From NCBI RefSeq assembly GCF_009914755.1, contig NC_060947.1: a stretch of DNA of 64,000 nt. One strand, written 5' to 3'. The notes beneath the pieces are model-generated. The model saw only the letters and a list, made by a program, of their open reading frames with translations, had not been told where the DNA came from and ran no database searches. The DNA is from the human T2T-CHM13v2.0 reference genome, Homo sapiens. Of the stretch, positions 25,030-38,800 are shown piece after piece. Made by a program: the position numbers and the translations under genes. Numbering within the stretch: the stretch's first letter is position 1; each line of letters begins with the position of its first letter.

Positions 25030-27189
25030 TAAGGATGGAAGCCCTCCCTAAGCACCCATTTGTGCACTTTTGAAACAACTTCTCAATGCTTTCAGGCTGT
25101 GAGTAGACACTGACAGTTGTCCAAATAACCTATGCAATACCCACTCGTCTTTCTTCATTCATCCCTCGAGTGCTATCCCCTCATGTGTCATGGGTTTTAC
25201 ATGGCAGTTTTCAGAACTTTTTGTCTAGGTTCTCTTGCTCATGAAAGAAATATTCTTGCATGCTTTTATCGCAATGAATCAGCAGTATGCAGTCCTCAGA
25301 TCCAACAGTTAAGCAGAAAATGCTTAACTCCAGTCTTAAAAGATCTGAGGCCCTTTACCTAAGTTACTTACCTCTACTCTGGAACCACAAAGTAAGTGGT
25401 GAAAACACACAAGATCCTGAAAGCAAAAAGAAGGAAAATAATCTGTGATTGCTGTGGTGGAGATAATAGAAATTTATTTTCTTTCTTAGACCCTGGAGTA
25501 AAAAGAAGCCCATTTTACTTACTGGAAGTGATCTATAAGACAGATATGAGCTTGTGGTCTAGAGATGCCCTCATATAACTCGCAACTTAGAAATTTTCTT
25601 AGTCTATTCCTGGAGCAAGGTTGTTTAGAGCATGTTTTTGCATTTTGTTATCCAACACACATGCTATTTGGTGTCTGCATTTCCCTAGGACTACTGAACC
25701 TGGTACAACAAATTACAGAAGAACAAATATTTCTAGAGTCCAGGGACTGAAAGAAGTTTTAACTCCAGCACATCTTGTAGGCTTCTTAAAAATTGAATTT
25801 TTATTGTTATACAAATTTCATATTCATCTAAACTCACACAAGTGTGCACTAAAAAGCAGCTGTATTATGTATATGCATGTTAATTACATATATATGTAAT
25901 TGCATCTATATTATGTATATGCATATGTATTTACATGTTAATTACACGTATATATGTAATTGGCATTAAGGGGTTAGAAGGAAATTCAAGTAAAAAGATT
26001 CACAGCCTTAAATTGGAGTTTCTTTTAGAACTTAGCAGCTACAGGCTGAAAGTATTTTTAAATATGGAAGTGGGAAAGTTTGAGAAACATCAACCCTAGT
26101 TTATAAGTTTTTATTGAAACAACAATGAATACTAAAGGAAATCATCTCAATGCCTGAACATCTTGAAATCTTCCTTCTTTAATATGAAAAATACGAAGCC
26201 TATATTTATAGCTGCAGGAAGCCCAGCATCTTTCCAAAAAGTACTAGTATTTCTAAGAAGATGTCAACTCTTCTCAGCATTATTAACCCCCATATTCCTC
26301 ATCTTAGCTGAATGCCTTAAGGCCCACTGGCCACTTTTTGCCTCTATTTTCTCTGTGAAGCTTACCAAAAAGAAAGAAACACCACCTTCCCCTCCATTTC
26401 TCAAGGGAGAGAAAAAAGGTTATAGTAGAGGAAGCCCCAATCTCCTGTGGACACTGACAAGTTTTGTTATCAGAGAGCTTGACTGTAATCTGCCTGTCCA
26501 ATTCACCCTTCTCTCTTCTCTTGCCACCATGTTGTCTTGTGCTGGGCCATTCTCTATTCCATCCAGTAAACATGCAGAAGCACATACATCAGTCATCATA
26601 GCCATGTGCTGGCTTTAGGCTGATAGAGGATAAGAATTTAGATTCATTCTTTCAGACATACCTGTGCACAGTCACAATCAGTTTAACAGGCAGCTGCAAC
26701 ATTTTAAGACAAGAAACTCATGTTCCAGTCTCTGATCCGTTTTCCTTGTGGTCAAGGATATTCAGTGCTGGCAAAAGAATACATTAAAATATCTTCAATT
26801 TCTTACTGGCACTTTTTGGAAACCTCCCAGGGAGAGAAAACCCCCTCCACCTAAAACATCATGGCAACAGTCACTGTCTTCTTTTTCTCTTCACCTCATA
26901 TTCCACTGCCTTGGGATTATACTACACAGCTTGACAGAGTCTTTGTCTGTATGTTGTTCTTTCCTTTTCACCTCTAAAACCAAAGTGCCTCAACAGTCCC
27001 CTGAATTTGTGACATAAAATCCCTTGGAACAGGATGCAACTGTAGTGGGCTGCAGATGGGTATGGACATCAAAAAAGATAGACAGGAAAAACTGAGATTC
27101 CCTTTCACTGCCAGGGAAGAAGGACTGTCTTAGAAGCATTGAGAGATTAGAGATTGGTTCGACTCCTTAACTTAATACAAAACTTTGCT

Positions 27190-27480
27190 CCATAGTGCTT
27201 TCCTAGAGTAGTCTTCTCTGACCACCTCATTTGAAATTGCACACCTCTTCCTCTCTGCCATACTGCCCAAACCTCAATTCGTTTTATTGTTTCTCTATAG
27301 TACTTAAAGCTATAACACATAGTTAACATTCTATTCAGTTATTACTTCTTGTATATTTGTACCAATAGCATATCAGCTTTTTGAAGACAGAAAGTTTTGC
27401 CTCTCCCTTTACACTACTGTATTTGCAGCACTGATATACAGTATGATGTGCTTGATGATTTCCTGTTGAACAAATCAGTG
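27190..27480 (+). mobile_element. L2 3'-end fragment closing each 2.7-kb unit (also in units 2-5)
   Basis: L2-like cttctctgaccacc ... tgttgaacaaat terminus. Confidence 0.55.
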
Positions 27481-27627
27481 GCCTCTGAAAGGCACTTAAG
27501 AGGCTTCCCTTGAGGGAGGCCAGCACTAGGGGTTTGAAGAGGTGTTATACCTGCACTTTAGAGAAAGCTTCCCTCTGTGTACAATAAAACACCCTCAATG
27601 CACCCACAGTGCCATTGTCTGTCGTAA

Positions 27628-27715
27628 GTGTCATGCGTTACTCTACTCACAGAAGTGTCAATCAAATTTAGTTATACATGATTGTCACTCTCCAGAGTAG
27701 GGTACCACAGACAAC
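27628..27715 (-). ncRNA. MIR514A2: pre-mir-514a, copy 2
   Basis: Identical mature arms; loop AACUAAAUUU (514a-2/3 type). Confidence 0.92.
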
Positions 27716-30325
27716 ATGTTTAAGGATGGAAGCCCTCCCTAAGCACCCATTTGTGCACTTTTGAAACAACTTCTCAATGCTTTCAGGCTGTGAGTAGACG
27801 CTGACAGTTGTCCAAATAACCTATGCAATACCCACTCCGCTTGTCTTTCTTCATTCATCCCTCTTGAGTGCTATCCCCTCATGTGTCATGGGTTTTACAT
27901 GGCAGTTTTCAGAACTTTTTGTCTAGGTTCTCTTGCTCATGAAAGAAATATTCTTGCATGCTTTTCTTGCAATGAATCAGCAGTATGCAGTCCTCAGATC
28001 CAACAGTTAAGCAGAAAATGCTTAACTCCAGTCTTAAAAGATCTGAGGCCCTTTACCTAAGTTACTTACCTCTACTCTGGAACCACAAAGTAAGTGGTGA
28101 AAACACACAAGATCCTGAAAGCAAAAAGAAGGAAAATAATCTGTGATTGCTGTGGTGGAGATAATAGAAATTTATTTTCTTTCTTAGACTCTGGAGTAAA
28201 AAGAAGCCCATTTTACTTACTGGAAGTGATCTATAAGACAGATATGAGCTTGTGGTCTAGAGATGCCCTCATATAACTCGCAACTTAGAAATTTTCTTAG
28301 TCTATTCCTGGAGCAAGGTTGTTTAGAGCATGTTTTTGCATTTTGTTATCCAACACACATGCTATTTGGTGTCTGCATTTCCCTAGGACTACTGAACCTG
28401 GTACAACAAATTACAGAAGAACAAATATTTCTAGAGTCCAGGGACTGAAAGAAGTTTTAACTCCAGCACATCTTGTAGGCTTCTTAAAAATTGAATTTTT
28501 ATTGTTATACAAATTTCACATTCATCTAAACTCACACAAGTGTGCACTAAAAAGCAGCTGTATTATGTATATGCATGTTAATTACATATATATGTAATTG
28601 CATCTATATTATGTATATGCATATGTATTTACATGTTACTTACACGTATATATGTAATTGGCATTAAGGGGTTAGAAGGAAAGTCAAGTAAAAAGATTCA
28701 CAGCCTTAAATTGGAGTTTGTTTTAGAACTTAGCAGCTACAGGCTGAAAGTATTTTTAAATATGGAAGTGGGAAAGTTTGAGAAACATCATCCCTAGTTT
28801 ATAAGTTTTTATTGAAACAACAATGAATACTAAAGGAAATCATCTCAATGCCTGAACATCTTGAAATCTTCCTTCTTTTATTTGAAAAATACGAAGCCTA
28901 TATTTATAGCTTCAGGAAGCCCAGCATCTTTCCAAAAAGTACTAGTATTTCTAAGAAGATGTCAACTCTTCTCAGCATTATTAACCCCCACATTCCTCAT
29001 CTTAACTGAATGCCTTAAGGCCCACTGGCCACTTTTCGCCTCTATTTTCTCTGTGAAGCTTGCCAAAAGTGAAGAAACACCACCTTCCCCTCCATTTCTC
29101 AAGGGAGAGAAAATAGGTTATAGTAGAGGAAGCCCCAATCTCCTGTGGACACTGATAAGTTTTGTTATCGGAGAGCTTGACTGTAATCTGCCTGTCCAAT
29201 TCACCCTTCTCTCTTCTCTTACCACCATGTTGTCTTGTGCTGGGCCATTCTCTATTCCATCCAGTAAACATGCAGAAGCACATACATCAGTCATCATAGC
29301 CATGTGCTGGCTTTAGGCTGATAGAGGATAAGAATTTAGATTCATTCTTTCAGACATACCTGTGCACAGCCACAATCAGTTTAACAGGCAGCTGCAACTT
29401 TTTAAGACAAGAAACTCATGTTTCAGTCTCTGATCCGTTTTCCTCGTGGTCAAGGATATTCAGTGCTGGCAAAAGAATACATTAAAATATCTTCAATTTC
29501 TTACTGGCATTTTTTGGAAACTTCCCAGGGAGAGAAAACCCCCTCCACCTAAAACATCATGGCAACACCCACTGTCTTCTTATTCTCTTCACCTCATATT
29601 CCACTGCCTTGGGATTATGCTACACAGCTTGACAGAGTCTTTGTCTGTATGTTGTTCTTTCCTTTTCACCTCTAAAACCAAAGTGCCTCAACAGTCCCCT
29701 GAATTTGTGACATAAAATCCCTTGGAACAGGATGCAACTGTAGTGGGCTGCAGATGGGTATGGACATCAAAAAAGATAGACAGGAAAAACTGAGATTCCC
29801 TTTCACTGCCAGGGAAGAAGGACTGTCTTAGAAGCATTGAGAGATTAGAGATTGGTTCGACTCCTTAACTTAATACAAAACTTTGCTCCATAGTGCTTTC
29901 CTAGAGTAGTCTTCTCTGACCACCTCATTTGAAATTGCACACCTCTTCCTCTCTGCCGTACTGCCCAAACCTCAATTCGTTTTATTGTTTCTCTATAGTA
30001 CTTAAAGCTATAACACATAGTTAACATTCTATTCAGTTATTACTTCTTGTATATTTGTACCAATAGCATATCAGCTTTTTGAAGACAGAAAGTTTTGCCT
30101 CTCCCGTTACACTACTGTATTTGCAGCACTGATATACAGTATGATGTGCTTGATGATTTTCTGTTGAACAAATCAGTGGCCTCTGAAAGGCACTTAAGAG
30201 GCTTCCCTTGAGGGAGGCCAGCACTAGGGGTTTGAAGAGGTGTTATACCTGCACTTTAGAGAAAGCTTCCCTCTGTGTACAATAAAACACCCTCAATGCA
30301 CCCACAGTGCCATTGTCTGTCGTAA

Positions 30326-30413
30326 GTGTCATGCGTTACTCTACTCACAGAAGTGTCAATCAAATTTAGTTATACATGATTGTCACTCTCCAGAGTAGGG
30401 TACCACAGACAAC
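30326..30413 (-). ncRNA. pre-mir-514a, copy 3 (extra copy)
   Basis: Hairpin identical to copy 2. Confidence 0.9.
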
Positions 30414-33023
30414 ATGTTTAAGGATGGAAGCCCTCCCTAAGCACCCATTTGTGCACTTTTGAAACAACTTCTCAATGCTTTCAGGCTGTGAGTAGACGCT
30501 GACAGTTGTCCAAATAACCTATGCAATACCCACTCCGCTTGTCTTTCTTCATTCATCCCTCTTGAGTGCTATCCCCTCATGTGTCATGGGTTTTACATGG
30601 CAGTTTTCAGAACTTTTTGTCTAGGTTCTCTTGCTCATGAAAGAAATATTCTTGCATGCTTTTCTCACAATGAATCAGCAGTATGCAGTCCTCAGATCCA
30701 ACAGTTAAGCAGAAAATGCTTAACTCCAGTCTTAAAAGATCTGAGGCCCTTTACCTAAGTTACTTACCTCTACTCTGGAACCACAAAGTAAGTGGTGAAA
30801 ACACACAAGATCCTGAAAGCAAAAAGAAGGAAAATAATCTGTGATTGCTGTGGTGGAGATAATAGAAATTTATTTTCTTTCTTAGACTCTGGAGTAAAAA
30901 GAAGCCCATTTTACTTACTGGAAGTGATCTATAAGACAGATATGAGCTTGTGGTCTAGAGATGCCCTCATATAACTCGCAACTTAGAAATTTTCTTAGTC
31001 TATTCCTGGAGCAAGGTTGTTTAGAGCATGTTTTTGCATTTTGTTATCCAACACACATGCTATTTGGTGTCTGCATTTCCCTAGGACTACTGAACCTGGT
31101 ACAACAAATTACAGAAGAACAAATATTTCTAGAGTCCAGGGACTGAAAGAAGTTTTAACTCCAGCACATCTTGTAGGCTTCTTAAAAATTGAATTTTTAT
31201 TGTTATACAAATTTCACATTCATCTAAACTCACACAAGTGTGCACTAAAAAGCAGCTGTATTATGTATATGCATGTTAATTACATATATATGTAATTGCA
31301 TCTATATTATGTATATGCATATGTATTTACATGTTACTTACACGTATATATGTAATTGGCATTAAGGGGTTAGAAGGAAAGTCAAGTAAAAAGATTCACA
31401 GCCTTAAATTGGAGTTTGTTTTAGAACTTAGCAGCTACAGGCTGAAAGTATTTTTAAATATGGAAGTGGGAAAGTTTGAGAAACATCATCCCTAGTTTAT
31501 AAGTTTTTATTGAAACAACAATGAATACTAAAGGAAATCATCTCAATGCCTGAACATCTTGAAATCTTCCTTCTTTTATTTGAAAAATACGAAGCCTATA
31601 TTTATAGCTTCAGGAAGCCCAGCATCTTTCCAAAAAGTACTAGTATTTCTAAGAAGATGTCAACTCTTCTCAGCATTATTAACCCCCACATTCCTCATCT
31701 TAACTGAATGCCTTAAGGCCCACTGGCCACTTTTCGCCTCTATTTTCTCTGTGAAGCTTGCCAAAAGTGAAGAAACACCACCTTCCCCTCCATTTCTCAA
31801 GGGAGAGAAAATAGGTTATAGTAGAGGAAGCCCCAATCTCCTGTGGACACTGATAAGTTTTGTTATCGGAGAGCTTGACTGTAATCTGCCTGTCCAATTC
31901 ACCCTTCTCTCTTCTCTTACCACCATGTTGTCTTGTGCTGGGCCATTCTCTATTCCATCCAGTAAACATGCAGAAGCACATACATCAGTCATCATAGCCA
32001 TGTGCTGGCTTTAGGCTGATAGAGGATAAGAATTTAGATTCATTCTTTCAGACATACCTGTGCACAGCCACAATCAGTTTAACAGGCAGCTGCAACTTTT
32101 TAAGACAAGAAACTCATGTTTCAGTCTCTGATCCGTTTTCCTCGTGGTCAAGGATATTCAGTGCTGGCAAAAGAATACATTAAAATATCTTCAATTTCTT
32201 ACTGGCATTTTTTGGAAACTTCCCAGGGAGAGAAAACCCCCTCCACCTAAAACATCATGGCAACACCCACTGTCTTCTTATTCTCTTCACCTCATATTCC
32301 ACTGCCTTGGGATTATGCTACACAGCTTGACAGAGTCTTTGTCTGTATGTTGTTCTTTCCTTTTCACCTCTAAAACCAAAGTGCCTCAACAGTCCCCTGA
32401 ATTTGTGACATAAAATCCCTTGGAACAGGATGCAACTGTAGTGGGCTGCAGATGGGTATGGACATCAAAAAAGATAGACAGGAAAAACTGAGATTCCCTT
32501 TCACTGCCAGGGAAGAAGGACTGTCTTAGAAGCATTGAGAGATTAGAGATTGGTTCGACTCCTTAACTTAATACAAAACTTTGCTCCATAGTGCTTTCCT
32601 AGAGTAGTCTTCTCTGACCACCTCATTTGAAATTGCACACCTCTTCCTCTCTGCCGTACTGCCCAAACCTCAATTCGTTTTATTGTTTCTCTATAGTACT
32701 TAAAGCTATAACACATAGTTAACATTCTATTCAGTTATTACTTCTTGTATATTTGTACCAATAGCATATCAGCTTTTTGAAGACAGAAAGTTTTGCCTCT
32801 CCCGTTACACTACTGTATTTGCAGCACTGATATACAGTATGATGTGCTTGATGATTTTCTGTTGAACAAATCAGTGGCCTCTGAAAGGCACTTAAGAGGC
32901 TTCCCTTGAGGGAGGCCAGCACTAGGGGTTTGAAGAGGTGTTATACCTGCACTTTAGAGAAAGCTTCCCTCTGTGTACAATAAAACACCCTCAATGCACC
33001 CACAGTGCCATTGTCTGTCGTAA

Positions 33024-33111
33024 GTGTCATGCGTTACTCTACTCACAGAAGTGTCAATCAAATTTAGTTATACATGATTGTCACTCTCCAGAGTAGGGTA
33101 CCACAGACAAC
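33024..33111 (-). ncRNA. pre-mir-514a, copy 4 (extra copy)
   Basis: Hairpin identical to copy 2. Confidence 0.9.
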
Positions 33112-35714
33112 ATGTTTAAGGATGGAAGCCCTCCCTAAGCACCCATTTGTGCACTTTTGAAACAACTTCTCAATGCTTTCAGGATGTGAGTAGACGCTGA
33201 CAGTTGTCCAAATAACCTATGCAATACCCACTCCGCTTGTCTTTCTTCATTCATCCCTCTTGAGTGCTATCCCCTCATGTGTCATGGGTTTTACATGGCA
33301 GTTTTCAGAACTTTTTGTCTAGGTTCTCTTGCTCATGAAAGAAATATTCTTGCATGCTTTTCTCACAATGAATCAGCAGTATGCAGTCCTCAGATCCAAC
33401 AGTTAAGCAGAAAATGCTTAACTCCAGTCTTAAAAGATCTGAGGCCCTTTACCTAAGTTACTTACCTCTACTCTGGAACCACAAAGTAAGTGGTGAAAAC
33501 ACACAAGATCCTGAAAGCAAAAAGAAGGAAAATAATCTGTGATTGCTGTGGTGGAGATAATAGAAATTTATTTTCTTTCTTAGACTCTGGAGTAAAAAGA
33601 AGCCCATTTTACTTACTGGAAGTGATCTATAAGACAGATATGAGCTTGTGGTCTAGAGATGCCCTCATATAACTCGCAACTTAGAAATTTTCTTAGTCTA
33701 TTCCTGGAGCAAGGTTGTTTAGAGCATGTTTTTGCATTTTGTTATCCAACACACATGCTATTTGGTGTCTGCATTTCCCTAGGACTACTGAACCTGGTAC
33801 AACAAATTACAGAAGAACAAATATTTCTAGAGTCCAGGGACTGAAAGAAGTTTTAACTCCAGCACATCTTGTAGGCTTCTTAAAAATTGAATTTTTATTG
33901 TTATACAAATTTCACATTCATCTAAACTCACACAAGTGTGCACTAAAAAGCAGCTGTATTATGTATATGCATGTTAATTACATATATATGTAATTGCATC
34001 TATATTATGTATATGCATATGTATTTACATGTTACTTACACGTATATATGTAATTGGCATTAAGGGGTTAGAAGGAAAGTCAAGTAAAAAGATTCACAGC
34101 CTTAAATTGGAGTTTGTTTTAGAACTTAGCAGCTACAGGCTGAAAGTATTTTTAAATATGGAAGTGGGAAAGTTTGAGAAACATCATCCCTAGTTTATAA
34201 GTTTTTATTGAAACAACAATGAATACTAAAGGAAATCATCTCAATGCCTGAACATCTTGAAATCTTCCTTCTTTTATTTGAAAAATACGAAGCCTATATT
34301 TATAGCTTCAGGAAGCCCAGCATCTTTCCAAAAAGTACTAGTATTTCTAAGAAGATGTCAACTCTTCTCAGCATTATTAACCCCCACATTCCTCATCTTA
34401 ACTGAATGCCTTAAGGCCCACTGGCCACTTTTCGCCTCTATTTTCTCTGTGAAGCTTGCCAAAAGTGAAGAAACACCACCTTCCCCTCCATTTCTCAAGG
34501 GAGAGAAAATAGGTTATAGTAGAGGAAGCCCCAATCTCCTGTGGACACTGATAAGTTTTGTTATCGGAGAGCTTGACTGTAATCTGCCTGTCCAATTCAC
34601 CCTTCTCTCTTCTCTTACCACCATGTTGTCTTGTGCTGGGCCATTCTCTATTCCATCCAGTAAACATGCAGAAGCACATACATCAGTCATCATAGCCATG
34701 TGCTGGCTTTAGGCTGATAGAGGATAAGAATTTAGATTCATTCTTTCAGACATACCTGTGCACAGCCACAATCAGTTTAACAGGCAGCTGCAACTTTTTA
34801 AGACAAGAAACTCATGTTTCAGTCTCTGATCCGTTTTCCTCGTGGTCAAGGATATTCAGTGCTGGCAAAAGAATACATTAAAATATCTTCAATTTCTTAC
34901 TGGCATTTTTTGGAAACTTCCCAGGGAGAGAAAACCCCCTCCACCTAAAACATCATGGCAACACCCACTGTCTTCTTATTCTCTTCACCTCATATTCCAC
35001 TGCCTTGGGATTATGCTACACAGCTTGACAGAGTCTTTGTCTGTATGTTGTTCTTTCCTTTTCACCTCTAAAACCAAAGTGCCTCAACAGTCCCCTGAAT
35101 TTGTGACATAAAATCCCTTGGAACAGGATGCAACTGTAGTGGGCTGCAGATGGGTATGGACATCAAAAAAGATAGACAGGAAAAACTGAGATTCCCTTTC
35201 ACTGCCAGGGAAGAAGGACTGTCTTAGAAGCATTGAGAGATTAGAGATTGGTTCGACTCCTTAACTTAATACAAAACTTTGCTCCATAGTGCTTTCCTAG
35301 AGTAGTCTTCTCTGACCACCTCATTTGAAATTGCACACCTCTTCCTCTCTGCCGTACTGCCCAAACCTCAATTCGTTTTATTGTTTCTCTATAGTACTTA
35401 AAGCTATAACACATAGTTAACATTCTATTCAGTTATTACTTCTTGTATATTTGTACCAATCAGCTTTTTGAAGACAGAAAGTTTTGCCTCTCCCGTTACA
35501 CTACTGTATTTGCAGCACTGATATACAGTATGATGTGCTTGATGATTTTCTGTTGAACAAATCAGTGGCCTCTGAAAGGCACTTAAGAGGCTTCCCTTGA
35601 GGGAGGCCAGCACTAGGGGTTTGAAGAGGTGTTATACCTGCACTTTAGAGAAAGCTTCCCTCTGTGTACAATAAAACACCCTCAATGCACCCACAGTGCC
35701 ATTGTCTGTCGTAA

Positions 35715-35802
35715 GTGTCATGCGTTACTCTACTCACAGAAGTGTCAATCAAATTTAGTTATACATGATTGTCACTCTCCAGAGTAGGGTACCACAGACA
35801 AC
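35715..35802 (-). ncRNA. MIR514A3: pre-mir-514a, copy 5 (terminal copy, 514a-3 position)
   Basis: Hairpin identical to copy 2; last unit of the array. Confidence 0.88.
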
Positions 35803-38800
35803 ATGTTTAAGGATGGAAGCCCTCCCTAAGCACCCATTTGTGCACTTTTGAAACAACTTCTCAATGCTTTCAGGATGTGAGTAGATGCTGACAGTTGTCC
35901 AAATAACCTATGCAATACCCACTCCGCTTGTCTTTCTTCATTCATCCCTCTTGAGTGCTATCCCCTCATGTGTCATGGGTTTTACATGGCAGTTTTCAGA
36001 ACTTTTTGTCTAGGTTCTCTTGCTCATGAAAGAAATATTCTTGCATGCTTTTCTCACAATGAATCAGCAGTATGCAGTCCTCAGATCCAACAGTTAAGCA
36101 GAAAATGCTTAACTCCAGTCTTAAAAGATCTGAGGCCCTTTACCTAAGTTTACTTACCTCTACTCTGGAACCACAAAGTAAGTGGTGAAAACACACAAGA
36201 TCCTGAAAGCAAAAAGAAGGAAAATAATCTGTGATTGCTGTGGTGGAGATAATAGAAATTTATTTTCTTTCTTAGACTCTGGAGTAAAAAGAAGCCCATT
36301 TTACTTACTGGAAGTGATCTATAAGACAGATATGAGCTTGTGGTCTAGAGATGCCCTCATATAACTCGCAACTTAGAAATTTTCTTAGTCTATTCCTGGA
36401 GCAAGGTTGTTTAGAGCATGTTTTTGCATTTTGTTATCCAACACACATGCTATTTGGTGTCTGCATTTCCCTAGGACTACTGAACCTGGTACAACAAATT
36501 ACAGAAGAACAAATATTTCTAGAGTCCAGGGACTGAAAGAAGTTTTAACTCCAGCACATCTTGTAGGCTTCTTAAAAATTGAATTTTTATTGTTATACAA
36601 ATTTCATATTCATCTAAACTCACACAAGTGTGCACTAAAAAGCAGCTGTATTATGTATATGCATGTTAATTACATATATATGTAATTGCATCTATATTAT
36701 GTATATGCATATGTATTTACATGTTAATTACACGTATATATGTAATTGGCATTAAGGGGTTAGAAGGAAATTCAAGTAAAAAGATTCACAGCCTTAAATT
36801 GGAGTTTGTTTTAGAACTTAGCAGCTACAGGCTGAAAGTATTTTTAAATATGGAAGTGGGAAAGTTTGAGAAACATCATCCCTAGTTTATAAATTTTTAT
36901 TGAAACAACAATGAATACTAAAGGAAATCATCTCAATGCCTGAACATCTTGAAATCTTCCTTCTTTAATATGAAAAATACGAAGCCTATATTTATAGCTT
37001 CAGGAAGCCCAGCATCTTTCCAAAAAGTACTAGTATTTCTAAGAAGATGTCATCTCTTCTCAGCATTATTAACCCCCACATTCCTCATCTTAACTGAATG
37101 CCTTAAGGCCCACTGGCCACTTTTCGCCTCTATTTTCTCTGTGAAGCTTGCCAAAAGTGAAGAAACACCACCTTCCCCTCCATTTCTCAAGGGAGAGAAA
37201 ATAGGTTATAGTAGAGGAAGCCCCAATCTCCTGTGGACACTGATAAGTTTTGTTATCGGAGAGCTTGACTGTAATCTGCCTGTCCAATTCACCCTTCTCT
37301 CTTCTCTTACCACCATGTTGTCTTGTGCTGGGCCATTCTCTATTCCATCCAGTAAACATGCAGAAGCACATACATCAGTCATCATAGCCATGTGCTGGCT
37401 TTAGGCTGATAGAGGATAAGAATTTAGATTCATTCTTTCAGACATACCTGTGCACAGCCACAATCAGTTTAACAGGCAGCTGCAACTTTTTAAGACAAGA
37501 AACTCATGTTTCAGTCTCTGATCCGTTTTCCTCGTGGTCAAGGATATTCAGTGCTGGCAAAAGAATACATTAAAATATCTTCAATTTCTTACTGGCATTT
37601 TTTGGAAACTTCCCAGGGAGAGAAAACCCCCTCCACCTAAAACATCATGGCAACACCCACTGTCTTCTTATTCTCTTCACCTCATATTCCACTGCCTTGG
37701 GATTATGCTACACAGCTTGACAGAGTCTTTGTCTGTATGTTGTTCTTTCCTTTTCACCTCTAAAACCAAAGTGCCTCAACAGTCCCCTGAATTTGTGACA
37801 TAAAATCCCTTGGAACAGGATGCAACTGTAGTGGGCTGCAGATGGGTATGGACATCAAGAAAGATAGATAGGAAAAACTGAGATTCCCCTTCATTGCCAG
37901 GGAATAAGGAATGTCTTAGAAGCATTGAGAGATTAGAGATTGGTTCAACTCCTTAACTTAATACAAAACTTTGCTCCATAGTGCTTTCCTAGAGTAGTCT
38001 TCTCTGACCAGCTCATTTGAAATTGCACACCTCTTCCTCTCTGCCATACTGCCCAAACCTCAATTCGTTTCATTGTTTCTCTATAGTACTTAAAGCTATA
38101 ACACATAGTTAACATTCTATTCAGTTATTACTTCTTGTATATTTGTACCAATAGCATATCAGCTTTTTGAAGACAGAAAGTTTTGCCTCTCCCGTTACAC
38201 TACTGTATTTGCAGCAGTGATATACAGTATGATGTGCTTGATGGTTTTCTGCTGAACAAATCAGTGGATATTTCATCTACTCTCAGCTGTTAGTTTCATG
38301 TATAATCTGGAGTTTTCAGACGACCTGTCTAAAATCATGTTGAAATCCCAACAGAGTCCACCAGGGAACTCTGATGCTCCTGTGAAGCACATGGGATTCA
38401 ACTTGCTGAGTATAGAAAGTGCTAACTTGACAGAGTCTCAATATTGTCTAAATTGGAGTTTCACTTTGCCAAATTTAAGAAAGGCCGTATCTCCAGTGCA
38501 AGTCTGCGACTCTTTGGCCACACCTTCTTAGACTAAAGTGTTATAGACCACTAAAGGCATTATTTGGGACAAATTTTCCTTAAGGACTTCAATCACTACA
38601 AAAGTTGTACTTGTTGAGCATTACTATACTCAGAAAAGTACAGTTTGTAACTCAGTATATATGAATGGTACTTTCCTAAGTTAGGATACTCCACACAGCA
38701 TAACCAAGGTTGCTTCTCTGGCCAATCCAACCTACTTCTTGTTCCTACCCAATCCCCCCAATCCATGGCATGACATTCATCATTTTTTCATAAGACATGG

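Larger units (their letters stand above)
24790..38266. repeat. Five-copy tandem array of a ~2.7-kb unit carrying mir-514a
   Basis: Unit starts 24790, 27481, 30179, 32877, 35568 (lengths 2691, 2698, 2698, 2691, 2699); junction caaatcagtg|gcctctgaaa. Confidence 0.98.

Noticed and set aside
26465-26600. Possible C/D snoRNA on the minus strand (ATGATGA ... CTGA)
   Set aside because: No terminal stem and no recognisable guide; the motifs are expected by chance.
26163-26618. 151-aa ORF preserved in all five array units
   Set aside because: Starts at TTG, has no recognisable domain, and its preservation follows from near-identical recent duplication.
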